A DNA stretch of 64,000 bases from a virus. How positions within the stretch are numbered: position 1 is the stretch's first letter; every line of letters begins with the position of its first letter. Location: positions 6,981 to 70,980 of the IMG/VR virus record IMGVR_UViG_3300050821_005575; one strand, written 5' to 3'. Below are positions 1 to 8,661 of this stretch, piece by piece. Both the position numbers and the translations under genes were made by a program. Below the pieces are notes generated by a model. It ran no database searches. It had not been told where the DNA came from and was given only the letters and a program-made list of their open reading frames with translations.

Positions 1-59
1 TCGTGAAATCGCCGAGTTGAAACAGAGCATCCGGGCCGTTCTCTTCGTGACGACACCCA

Positions 60-320
60 TCACTTACCTCCGGACTTTGACCGTTCCATCTGGACACGAG
101 CGACGCGAAGCATCGCAAGGATCTCCTCGGACTCGGCGGCTTTTGCCGCGTTGCAGGCCTTCAGGTCCTCGTACAGTTTATTGACCCAGCCGAGCGCGAC
201 GCCGCAGATCGCGCTCATCGCGCCGACGAGTGCCAGGATGATGACCCAGGCTAGAGCGCTGATCCCACCGGACGGCGGCTCGACGTCCGACGCCGTCAGT
301 ATCGACAACAGAAGGTTCAC
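60..320 (-). CDS. Small membrane protein (one TM helix plus coiled tail); possibly holin-like
   Basis: GTG start with GGAGG RBS inside track ORF 60..362; hydrophobic stretch ALAWVIILALVGAMSAICGVALGW. Confidence 0.5.
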   Translation of the reverse strand: MNLLLSILTASDVEPPSGGISALAWVIILALVGAMSAICGVALGWVNKLYEDLKACNAAKAAESEEILAMLRVARVQMERSKSGGK

Positions 321-365
321 CCTGCCTCCTTGCCCCGGTCTGATCTCTATATTATAGGACATTTC

Positions 366-1070
366 TCATAGGAAGAAAGCGGTGCGTTTCGGAGAGACGG
401 GCGGCGTCGGAGGGGGCGGGACCGTCCCGAAGGTCGTCACGAGGACCGCGGGCGGGTAGGCGCCGTCATCCTTCCAGATTCGGATGCCGCCGGACGCGCC
501 GGGGCCTCCGTTCACCTGCGGGAAGGTCGCCTGACTGCCGCCGCCCCCGCCACCGCCTCCCGGTCCGCCGCCCGGGCTCCCGTCGAGGTGCGCGTTCTGG
601 GGACTCCCGTCTCCGCCTGCTCCAGCCTGCGTGCCATTGACGCCGCCTGACGGGTAGGCGCCAGCAACGCCTGGAGCCGTCGGACTGCCCGAGGAGCCTC
701 CGCCGCCACCGGCACCCGGAGTCGACGGGACCGAAGTCGCGCCCGGGCCGCCGTCGAACAGGATCGTACCGACGCCTCCCGTACCTCCGGCGCCGGGCGT
801 GGCGAACCCGGCATTCCCGCCGCCGTTCGCCTGGATCCCGTTCGGCAGGGTGCCGGTTCCGAAGATAGACTCACGCGGGAAGGCGTTCTGGCCGGTCCGG
901 ATGAAGTAGACATTCCCCATGATGACGGCGATGACAGCGCGGGCGTACTCGCCGCCACCTCCTCCGCCTCCGATGTCAGTCGGGTCGCCGAGGCGTCCAG
1001 TGCCGCCCGCACCCCAAGCCTCGACGAGGGCGTTCCCCGTGAAGGTTGCAGTCCAGGTCGTGTCGGGCAT
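366..1070 (-). CDS. Glycine-rich virion protein (spike/fibre-like)
   Basis: VEAWGAGG and GGGGGGEYA motifs typical of phage glycine-rich domains; lies in the structural operon. Confidence 0.65.
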   Translation of the reverse strand: MPDTTWTATFTGNALVEAWGAGGTGRLGDPTDIGGGGGGGEYARAVIAVIMGNVYFIRTGQNAFPRESIFGTGTLPNGIQANGGGNAGFATPGAGGTGGVGTILFDGGPGATSVPSTPGAGGGGGSSGSPTAPGVAGAYPSGGVNGTQAGAGGDGSPQNAHLDGSPGGGPGGGGGGGGSQATFPQVNGGPGASGGIRIWKDDGAYPPAVLVTTFGTVPPPPTPPVSPKRTAFFL

Positions 1071-1082
1071 GGTCTACCTACC

Positions 1083-1472
1083 TCAGGTCACGACGACGGT
1101 CAGGTTCGCACCGGCCGAGATCGAGCCGACCTGCGTGATCGATATTGCCAGGGCATGATCGGAGTCGACGAGCGTCGACGAGAAGACGAGGTCGCCAACG
1201 AGATTGCCGCTCGCGATCGTCAGTGTCCCGAGCGTCGAGACCGTCGAACCGTCGGATCGCTTGATGAGCAGGATGTCGATCGTAATGTCCGTACCGGCCG
1301 GAGCGCTCTTGACCTGACCGGTCGCCTTCGTGACTGAATCGCCCTGGCCCGGCAGCCATGGGATCAGAGCGTTGTCGGTCGTGTCGAGATTCCCCTGGAA
1401 CGTGAAGGCGTACCGGACGACCAGTGGAATTGGGATTCCGCCCGACCCGCCGCCGCCACCACCGCTAGCCAT
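1083..1472 (-). CDS. Putative virion beta-sandwich (spike/decoration) protein
   Basis: Gly-run N-terminus followed by an alternating beta-strand pattern (SAPAGTDITIDI...ISITQVGS...LTVVV). Confidence 0.5.
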   Translation of the reverse strand: MASGGGGGGSGGIPIPLVVRYAFTFQGNLDTTDNALIPWLPGQGDSVTKATGQVKSAPAGTDITIDILLIKRSDGSTVSTLGTLTIASGNLVGDLVFSSTLVDSDHALAISITQVGSISAGANLTVVVT

Positions 1473-1499
1473 GCGTACCTCTTTCTTTCTCGTTCGGAC

Positions 1500-2057
1500 T
1501 CAGGTCGGAATCGGGGCCAGCCACGTGACCGCCAGCATCGGAGACCAGCGGAAGTAGCCGGGGTCGTTCTCGACGAAGAGTCCGTATGCCGCATCGGCCT
1601 GAGACTCCAGCAGGAAGAAGTCCCCGACGTTCGCCTGGACGAGACCCTGTGCGAAGAAGGTCAAGCCGGTCTGCGCGAGCGGCAGGCCGCGCCGGTTCGT
1701 GAAGGCCGTAAACCAGCCGCCGGGACCTCCCTCGTGGACCGGGATCCCGTTCTGGTCGACCTGACAGCCGAACTCCTCTCCGAGACTTATGGTCTCGTCG
1801 AAGCTGACGTTCCCGAAGACGTAGTAGATCCCCGTCTTCGTGATGTTGACCTTCGTCGGGTCCGCGACCAGATCGACCATCCCGCTCGAGGCCCCGTAGA
1901 CGATCGTGTCGAAGTAGGTCGCGTTACCCTGGCCTCGCGGCAGGTTGCTGATGTTCGGCATGTTCGCCGGATTTGCCAGCCGGACGCAGACCGACGGTCC
2001 GAAGACGAACGGGCTGCCGCCCCCGCCACCCCCGCCACCGCCACCGCCGCCAGCCAT
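1500..2057 (-). CDS. Putative receptor-binding protein with C1q/TNF-like head
   Basis: Poly-Gly N-terminus; KVNITKTGIYYVFGNVSF and NVGDFF resemble C1q-like strands. Confidence 0.5.
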   Translation of the reverse strand: MAGGGGGGGGGGGGSPFVFGPSVCVRLANPANMPNISNLPRGQGNATYFDTIVYGASSGMVDLVADPTKVNITKTGIYYVFGNVSFDETISLGEEFGCQVDQNGIPVHEGGPGGWFTAFTNRRGLPLAQTGLTFFAQGLVQANVGDFFLLESQADAAYGLFVENDPGYFRWSPMLAVTWLAPIPT

Positions 2058-2065
2058 CGGTCACG

Positions 2066-2968
2066 CTAACCCTGGATGATGCCACGGATCATCGTGCAGC
2101 GGATGTCGTGCGCGCCGCCGAAGTCCCCTTTCGCGAGCTGGGCTCGAACGGTGACGAGGGTTCCCTCTGAAGTCCCGAGAAGCGCCGCGAAGTGCGTTCC
2201 TTCCGCCAGCGCCTGACAGTACCGCGTCGAGGCGGACGGATTGACGTCCCCGGCGGCCCCCATATCCGCGGCCTGCTCAGGTCCGGTCACGTCGTCGATC
2301 CCGAGCCCGATGAAAGCCGTCGTGCCGGAGACGCTCTGCAGGACGTAGATACCCTCCAGGTCGACAGCGTCCTCGCCGTTCGCGATGAAGTTGACTCGGC
2401 TGCCGACGCCTCCGTTCAGCTCGATGAACGGATTCGTGTTCAACGCGTAGGTGACCTCACCCGCGCCGTCATTGTAGGCCGGATTCGCCAGGATCGACAG
2501 CGACAGGCGATTGTACCAGTTGACGATCCACCGGTTCGCGTCGCTCGACTCGAACTGCGGCGTCGCGTTTATGCGGACCCAGCCGACGAAGCGCCAGTTG
2601 AGCGCGTTCCCGGAGATCCCGAGGTACCGGACGCCGTTCACGGTCGACGGCAGCGACGCCGACAGGCGGATCGACGACGGCGAGAACGTCGCCTTCGCGT
2701 TCGAGACGTAGACGTAGTAGAGCGTGTTCGCCGCGGGGGCTGACCCTGCGTCGGCGCCCGCGCCCGTGATCAGGTGATCGGCGATACCTCTCTGGAGACC
2801 GACACCGCCGCCGGGAATGACGACGGTCTGGCCGTTCACGACGACCTTGTTGCCGTTGTACTGCAGGAGCTGCAGCGTCGATGTGACGCCGCTCCCGAGA
2901 TTGATATTGGCGAGGCGCGCCTGAAAGAGCGTCGCCGGGGACTGATTCCCGATCCCTCCGTCGGCCAT
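2066..2968 (-). CDS. Putative fibre/spike protein
   Basis: Likely ATG at 2968 (MADGG), just after the upstream stop; ANTLYYVYVS and WIVNWYNR resemble phage fibre motifs. Confidence 0.55.
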   Translation of the reverse strand: MADGGIGNQSPATLFQARLANINLGSGVTSTLQLLQYNGNKVVVNGQTVVIPGGGVGLQRGIADHLITGAGADAGSAPAANTLYYVYVSNAKATFSPSSIRLSASLPSTVNGVRYLGISGNALNWRFVGWVRINATPQFESSDANRWIVNWYNRLSLSILANPAYNDGAGEVTYALNTNPFIELNGGVGSRVNFIANGEDAVDLEGIYVLQSVSGTTAFIGLGIDDVTGPEQAADMGAAGDVNPSASTRYCQALAEGTHFAALLGTSEGTLVTVRAQLAKGDFGGAHDIRCTMIRGIIQG

Positions 2969-2969
2969 A

Positions 2970-3383
2970 CTATGCGATCTCCACGGTCCAGGAAACGCCG
3001 TCGTCGGCGTCGTCGGCATCGATCCAGATTGCCGAAACGTCCGTCAGGGCCAGCTCGACGAAGGCGCCGGGCTCGAGAGGCGTCGCCTTCGCGTGGTTCT
3101 GGGCGTCCGCGGCGGACGGTCCGACGTAGATGTTACCATTGTTCGTGATGAGCGCCCGGACGAAGATCTGGAATCCGTTCGGGACGGCCTGGGCCTGAAG
3201 CTGCGCGGCGGTGCCCGGGACCGCGACGACCTGCTGATTGACTGCAAAAGTCGGCTGGTTCGGCGGCGCACCGCCCCCGCCCCCACCGCCCGTCACGGGC
3301 AGGGGATTCAACGGACCGATCGGGATGCCGTTCTCGTCGTGCAGGACCGACGGCCAGAGGTTCGGGTTCAGTGGCGCGGGCAT
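2970..3383 (-). CDS. Small virion beta-sandwich protein
   Basis: GGAG RBS; NNGNIYVG...LEPG...IWID pattern seen in small phage structural proteins. Confidence 0.5.
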   Translation of the reverse strand: MPAPLNPNLWPSVLHDENGIPIGPLNPLPVTGGGGGGGAPPNQPTFAVNQQVVAVPGTAAQLQAQAVPNGFQIFVRALITNNGNIYVGPSAADAQNHAKATPLEPGAFVELALTDVSAIWIDADDADDGVSWTVEIA

Positions 3384-3402
3384 CGTGTCTCCTTCTTAAC
3401 CA

Positions 3403-4143
3403 CTAAGCCTCGAAGTCGCCGGTCTCCCACTCCGACGAGCCGCCCTTCGCGGAGGCCCAGTAGTAGTAGAAGCCGAAGACGCCGCGGACCGTCACGTCGA
3501 CACCGGAGCGGTTCTCGATCAGCCCCTGGAACTGGCAGCGTCCGCGCAGGGCGAACTGCAGGCCCGCCTCAAAGAAGTTCAGGGGCGTTCCGACGCCCGG
3601 CCAGACCGTCGTCCGGCCGAACTGGATCGCGTGGCTCGTCCCGTACGAGGTCGGGTTCTGGTCGTCCCAGACCGGAATGATGTTCTTCGAGGGCGCGGCG
3701 ATGCCCTTCTGGCCGAGCTGGAACCAGAACTCGAGCTGCGAGTTGAGCAGCGGCGCGATCGGCGCGACGTCGAGACCGAGGAAGGACGCCACGCCACGCT
3801 GCCGGTCGGCGATCTCGCGGTCGAACACGAGCGCGATCGACCCGGCCGGGATGATGAGCGACGAGCGGACCTTGATCAGCGGCTTCGAGAACCAGGGCGG
3901 CTGATTGAAGGCCGGGAACTTGACGAAGCAGACCCGGGGCTTCGCACAGGGATCCGGCTGCGGCGGGCAGGACGGATCGTAGACGACGTCGTACGGACGC
4001 GGCTCGCCCTGTCCGGCGTCGCGCCAACCCTCGTTGTGGTACTGCTCGTGGTCCGGGCCGCCCATGCCGCCTCCGCGAGGGGGCGGGCGCGGCGGGTCCG
4101 GGGGACGTCCCGGAGGACGTCCCGGGGGTCTCTTAGCTGACAT
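3403..4143 (-). CDS. Putative minor capsid/penton-like jelly-roll protein
   Basis: Overlaps the upstream gene; Pro-rich N-terminus then a beta-rich domain ending VTVRGVFGFYYY; function inferred from position. Confidence 0.4.
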   Translation of the reverse strand: MSAKRPPGRPPGRPPDPPRPPPRGGGMGGPDHEQYHNEGWRDAGQGEPRPYDVVYDPSCPPQPDPCAKPRVCFVKFPAFNQPPWFSKPLIKVRSSLIIPAGSIALVFDREIADRQRGVASFLGLDVAPIAPLLNSQLEFWFQLGQKGIAAPSKNIIPVWDDQNPTSYGTSHAIQFGRTTVWPGVGTPLNFFEAGLQFALRGRCQFQGLIENRSGVDVTVRGVFGFYYYWASAKGGSSEWETGDFEA

Positions 4144-5077
4144 ACGAGATCTTTCTCCCCGCGAAGACGGCCTTGATCGTGTTGTCGGCGTTCGAGATGT
4201 CGGTCAGGTCGAGCTGGACTTTCGTGGATCTACGGATCAGCCAGGACGAGGCCCAGCGGGCGGGCCAGATGCCGCCTGAGCCCAGGAATCCGCCCGCGCC
4301 GTCCGGCATCTCGGCGTGTCCGCCGAACAGAAGGTCCCGATGGACATCGGCGCCGGTCAGGGCCCGGTCGTTCTGGCCGTCCCGGATCAGGCAGCGGAAC
4401 TGACCGGTCGACTGCTGCGAGAGCTTGAAGCACTCGAAGTCGGAGTTGTCCGGGATCGTCATGAAGAAGATGTTCTTCTGGAGCGCCGTCAGGACGACGG
4501 GCTCGTCGGTCGTCTGGAAGTAGGCGTAGGTCCGCTCGCGCCGGTCGACGTACTTCCAGACCTCCTCCTTGATAGCTCCGGCGGGCGCCATATTCGGATA
4601 GAACTTGATGCCGCCCAGGACGAACTCGACGAAGCGGGCGTTCGAGAGGTCGTTGTTGTAGAGCGTCAGGTTGAGCGACTGGACCGGCGGGATGAAGATC
4701 GTCTCCGGCAGGACGTACGGCTGGGAGGCGTTCCCGGACAGCGCGAGCAGGGGGACGACACGATTCGAGAACTGGATCCGCTTCCCGGGATGCTCGAGCA
4801 GGAAGTCGATGTCGTAGGTCTGGAGCAGCGCACCCGGCTGGGTCGGGTCATCGGCGGGCGCGTAGACGTTGCACTTGACGTAGAAGGCCTCGATCGGGCC
4901 GTCGTACTGCGCCGTCAGCGGGAAGGGGCCCGCCCGACCGCCTGCCGGAATCGAGATGATCTGGTTCGGCTTCGAGACGGTCAGCTCGAACGGCTGAACC
5001 CAGTCCTTCGCTGGGTTCATGTAGATCTGACCGGTGTCTTTGTCTTTGAGGAATGTCGGGACCTGACTCCAGGCCAT
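4133..5077 (-). CDS. Putative capsid protein made of two tandem beta-barrel (jelly-roll-like) repeats
   Basis: The two halves share a pattern (LNLTLYN..VEFVLGGIK versus VQLDLTD..IKAVFAGRK); AAGGAG RBS. Confidence 0.55.
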   Translation of the reverse strand: MAWSQVPTFLKDKDTGQIYMNPAKDWVQPFELTVSKPNQIISIPAGGRAGPFPLTAQYDGPIEAFYVKCNVYAPADDPTQPGALLQTYDIDFLLEHPGKRIQFSNRVVPLLALSGNASQPYVLPETIFIPPVQSLNLTLYNNDLSNARFVEFVLGGIKFYPNMAPAGAIKEEVWKYVDRRERTYAYFQTTDEPVVLTALQKNIFFMTIPDNSDFECFKLSQQSTGQFRCLIRDGQNDRALTGADVHRDLLFGGHAEMPDGAGGFLGSGGIWPARWASSWLIRRSTKVQLDLTDISNADNTIKAVFAGRKISYVS

Positions 5078-5133
5078 TGTAGTCTCCTTCCGAGCTAACT
5101 CAGCAGGGAAGCGGACCGCGCACAGTGCGGGCG

Positions 5134-5979
5134 CTAAAGTGCCATTGCTATCGGATTCGATTTCACGTTCATGTCACGCATCAGGGCGCTGTACTTCAAT
5201 CCAACCTCGAAGCGTCCCATTCGACGACCGACGAGTTGCTTCTCGGAGTAGTACTTAATTCCGAGGTCAGCTTGCTTCCGTTTCACGATTAGGTACGGAC
5301 GCGTCAGCATGAGAAACTTGACAGCGTCGCGATCAACGAACCGAAGAGTCCAGGATGGAACTCGCTTACAGCCGTCGCCACCGCTTTCACCCTTCGAATA
5401 GATGGTGCCCCCGAAGGCACGTCTCAGAAACTCCAGTGAAGCGTAGATCGTATTTACAACATTCACGCTCAACTGAGTTGACGATCCGCTCGCAGTGATA
5501 GAAACGGACCCCTCAGCGTCGAAGAATCCCGCGGCGTAAGCTTCGTCTGCGAATCCATCCGGCGTCGGAAGGTCGAGCCTTTTCTTCATCTCTGAGAGGC
5601 GAACCCTAATCGTCTCGCGAGCTGCGAGCTCAACGGGAGACATGTAACGAAACCGACGCTCTTTCCTTTTAAGAAGGAGGATTGCAAGATTGACCTGCTC
5701 TGTTTTTATGGATAGGAAATTTTTTACAGTCTCTAGAAAGTTCTCAGCCCTAGACGCAGAGCAGACCCACTGCCACCCGGGTTTTCTATTTTTCCTAGGG
5801 TCAGCAGCCTTTACGACCCATCCTCCGAACCTGGAGAGCAGCCACTCTAAAGACTCTCGATTTGTTCCGCTGACGCGGACTCCAAGCCGGTAGATGGATC
5901 CATGTTCAACGGTGATGTACACTGAGCCATCACCGTCGAAAAATCCAGCTGCGTACTTCTTTTCGTTTACGTCCATCAA
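5134..5979 (-). CDS. Free-standing double-motif LAGLIDADG homing endonuclease
   Basis: Two motifs, YAAGFFDGDGS and YAAGFFDAEGS; lower GC than its neighbours. Confidence 0.9.
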   Translation of the reverse strand: MMDVNEKKYAAGFFDGDGSVYITVEHGSIYRLGVRVSGTNRESLEWLLSRFGGWVVKAADPRKNRKPGWQWVCSASRAENFLETVKNFLSIKTEQVNLAILLLKRKERRFRYMSPVELAARETIRVRLSEMKKRLDLPTPDGFADEAYAAGFFDAEGSVSITASGSSTQLSVNVVNTIYASLEFLRRAFGGTIYSKGESGGDGCKRVPSWTLRFVDRDAVKFLMLTRPYLIVKRKQADLGIKYYSEKQLVGRRMGRFEVGLKYSALMRDMNVKSNPIAMAL

Positions 5980-6046
5980 GGAGTGTTCCCTTTTCAGGGA
6001 ACACTCGAAGTTGCACGTTGCTTGTAACGTGTTCTCTACAAAGGCT

Positions 6047-7368
6047 TTAGACGCCTTTGTATAGGATCCCTCTCATGAACCAACGAAACAGCAGGTTGCC
6101 GGTCGTCCCGGCGAGCCCGCTCGGCCAGCTGATCTTGACGGAGTACGGCTCCGTCGCGTTGATGTGCAGCGCGCGTCCACCGATGTCGAACCGGTAGATG
6201 TTGTCGCTGACGCCCCAGCCGATGTGCGGCGCGTCGGTGACGGCCTGCCCCTCGGTGTCGACACCGGCGGGCACGTCCTCGATCGGGATCGTCAGGAAGG
6301 TCGTGTCCTGGCCGAAGACGACCTGGGCGACGCCCGCGGCTTCGACGAGCGTGTAGTTGCCGATCGACAGGAGCTTGGACGACGGGCTGCCCCAGATGCG
6401 GCAGTTATACCCGAAGACGTCGAAGCTCAAAGGCGTTCCCAGAGACCCGGCCTGGGTCTGGTTGGAATAGAGGAACGTCTTCACCGTCAGCGCGTCGTTC
6501 AGCACCTGACCGACGGGCTTCTGGTACAGCGTGAACTCGCGGTTCGGCGCCGAGGCCAGAATGATCTCCGAGTCGTACAAGGGCTGCTTGTACGACCGCA
6601 CGATCGCCGCGGGCACGCCCTGCGTGATCTTGTAATCAGGCTGTTACTTTTGTGACCAGTGACCTCACTGGCGGGCGGAGCTCTTCGGCTCCACCTCTCG
6701 CGGTTCACTTCCCGCGAGTTCAGACTGTCGCACGCCCGTTTCCGGGCTCCTCTCGCTCAGTCGTTCAGCGTTCCCAGTGCCGCGCAGATTCAACTTGGCG
6801 CACTCCAAGTAGAGCTGCTTGCGGTACGCGCGTTCCCCGGGAGAGAGCTTCGAGCAATCACGGCGGGTGGAGAACGACCTCATCCGACTCCTGAGTTCGA
6901 ACACCAGTTCCGCCTGCCGCGCCTTGATGACAAGGTACGGATAGATCACCCGAAGAACCTCTTCGGCGCGCTGATTACGGAAACAGAGACGGTAGACAGG
7001 CTTCTGTCCTTTGACCACTCTCCGACGATCGACCGTGATTCTTTCGATCAGATGTCCGATCCGGAATTTCACCCAGTCGATCAATTGGAGGTTCGTGTTC
7101 GTGATCTCGAGCGCACCGACGTAGTGCTCATACCCGAGACCGCGGGAACGAAGTTCGACAATCGTCACGGCTCCGTCGCCGTCGATCATCCCGGCCAGAT
7201 ACGCCTTCTCGGTTTCCGTCAGCATAGGATTCGCCCTTGTTGGCCTCTCAGCTTCCAAGTCTATCAGAGAGGATTTTACAACCCCAATACAATTTAGGGT
7301 TGAACTACCGTGACCCCCTGCGCCGAGGGGTCCGCCGCCGCCGCGGCGGCTGCCTGTCCCATGTTCAT
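6047..7368 (-). CDS. Candidate major capsid protein (single jelly-roll-like), spliced from exon 1 7368-7296 and exon 2 6636-6047, 220 aa
   Basis: Exon 1 MNMGQAAAAAAADPSAQGVTVVQP has an AAAGGTGG RBS and joins in frame (T+AT=Tyr) to YKITQGVPAAIVRSYKQPLYDS...; beta-rich body. The capsid role is inferred. Confidence 0.7.
6637..7295 (-). ncRNA. Group I self-splicing intron
   Basis: P1 CAACCCU/GGGGUUG with a U-G wobble at the 5' splice site; P3 UCCUCUC/GAGAGGA; R-like GAACGACUGAGCG and S-like GCGACAGUCUG; terminal G; P10-like UUGUA/UACAA pairing with exon 2. Confidence 0.88.
6665..7225 (-). CDS. Intron-encoded single-motif LAGLIDADG homing endonuclease
   Basis: MLTETEKAYLAGMIDGDG motif; ORF lies inside the intron and runs into the catalytic core. 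Confidence 0.9.
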   Translation of the reverse strand: MLTETEKAYLAGMIDGDGAVTIVELRSRGLGYEHYVGALEITNTNLQLIDWVKFRIGHLIERITVDRRRVVKGQKPVYRLCFRNQRAEEVLRVIYPYLVIKARQAELVFELRSRMRSFSTRRDCSKLSPGERAYRKQLYLECAKLNLRGTGNAERLSERSPETGVRQSELAGSEPREVEPKSSARQ

Positions 7369-7535
7369 GATATCCACCTTTCGGTCTCACGCCACTTCCG
7401 GCCGGGACTCTCGTCCACGAAATGCCGACGGGGGGCTGGCGTCCGTAGCCCACTCCCCGCGGATCGCTCGCTCGGAGCGCCCCGCGGGGAGGCACCGGAG
7501 ACTCGCGCCTCCGGTGCTCCCTTGGATCGCTTGGA

Positions 7536-8657
7536 CTAGAACCGCTCGGACATGCCCCGACGCGAGAACTCGTCGTCCCCGCTGTCGTGACCCATTCCGG
7601 CGTTGGCGTTCTCGGTGTTGACCTGGGTGAGGTACGCCCCCATCCCACCGTTCGCCTGCTGCGTGTTGAACTGGGTCAGGTACGCCTCGGAACCGGCCGG
7701 ACGCAGGTACGAGATCCCGGCGGGCTGCAGGTACGTCGACATCCCCTCGGAACCCGCGCTGCGCAGGTAGCCGTGGACGCCGCCGCCCTTGAGCTCCTTG
7801 AGGACCTCCGCCTCGATCGCCTTCCGGAAGGCGTCGGTCTCCGGCGAGCCGGAGAGCGTCGGGATGAACTGCTGGGCCGGAGTGCCCGCGACCGCGAGCG
7901 AGAGCCCCTGCCAGAGGGTCGCGAATAGACCGCCGGTCAGGACCCGGGCCGTCAGCTTCGGATTCTTCAGGAGGACGGACGCGCCGGTCAGGAGCGCCGT
8001 CGAGAGCAGGGTCGAGCCGACCTGGACGAACGGGGCCGTCCCGGCCGTGGCGGGCATCCAGGGCTGCACGTACAGCCACTTGCTCAGACCCATCGAGCCT
8101 CCGAAGCCGATGCCCATCTGGAACAGCGTCTCGAGCGTGTCCATCGAGAAGGCTGACATCAGGGCGTTCTTGATCGCCGCGACGGGGTCGCTGGACAACC
8201 GGTACGAGACCGCCGGGTTCCGACGGACACGACCGTAGCTCCGACGGGACTTACGGCTCCGACGGTGCCGACGCGGATTCGACACGACGACGGGGTTCGC
8301 GTGAACCCGACGCCGACGGCTCCGGCGGTAGCGCTTCGGGAAGCTGAACGCGCGGATCTGACCGCGACGCGAGCCGCGCCGACGGCGCTTCGCGTACTTG
8401 GTGATCTTGCGCCAGCGGCGGCCGACCTTGATGTGGCCGCTGGGATTGCGATGACGACGCCGGGACGACCGGCGAGTCTTCATGAAATGCCCCTTGGCAT
8501 TTCGACGCCGCCCTGCCCGACGGCGCGTACGGGTGCGTGCCATCCGAATCTCCTTGCCCGTCGTGCGGGCGGTTCTGGAACGAGAACGTCTCCGACGGGA
8601 AGCGACAGGCTTCCTGCCGGTTTTGCCCGGGTTCATGAAAACGAGTGCTCCGATCAT
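7536..8657 (-). CDS. Arg-rich (protamine-like) core/membrane virion protein
   Basis: Arg-rich N-terminal third with NP motifs, hydrophobic middle, and C-terminal YL-x-PAG / GMG repeats. Confidence 0.6.
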   Translation of the reverse strand: MIGALVFMNPGKTGRKPVASRRRRSRSRTARTTGKEIRMARTRTRRRAGRRRNAKGHFMKTRRSSRRRHRNPSGHIKVGRRWRKITKYAKRRRRGSRRGQIRAFSFPKRYRRSRRRRVHANPVVVSNPRRHRRSRKSRRSYGRVRRNPAVSYRLSSDPVAAIKNALMSAFSMDTLETLFQMGIGFGGSMGLSKWLYVQPWMPATAGTAPFVQVGSTLLSTALLTGASVLLKNPKLTARVLTGGLFATLWQGLSLAVAGTPAQQFIPTLSGSPETDAFRKAIEAEVLKELKGGGVHGYLRSAGSEGMSTYLQPAGISYLRPAGSEAYLTQFNTQQANGGMGAYLTQVNTENANAGMGHDSGDDEFSRRGMSERF

Positions 8658-8661
8658 GCTT

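Noticed and set aside
7226-7648. N-terminal extension of track ORF 6665..7648
   Set aside because: It runs across the upstream gene, capsid exon 1 and intron P1-P3; the LAGLIDADG protein starts at ATG 7225.
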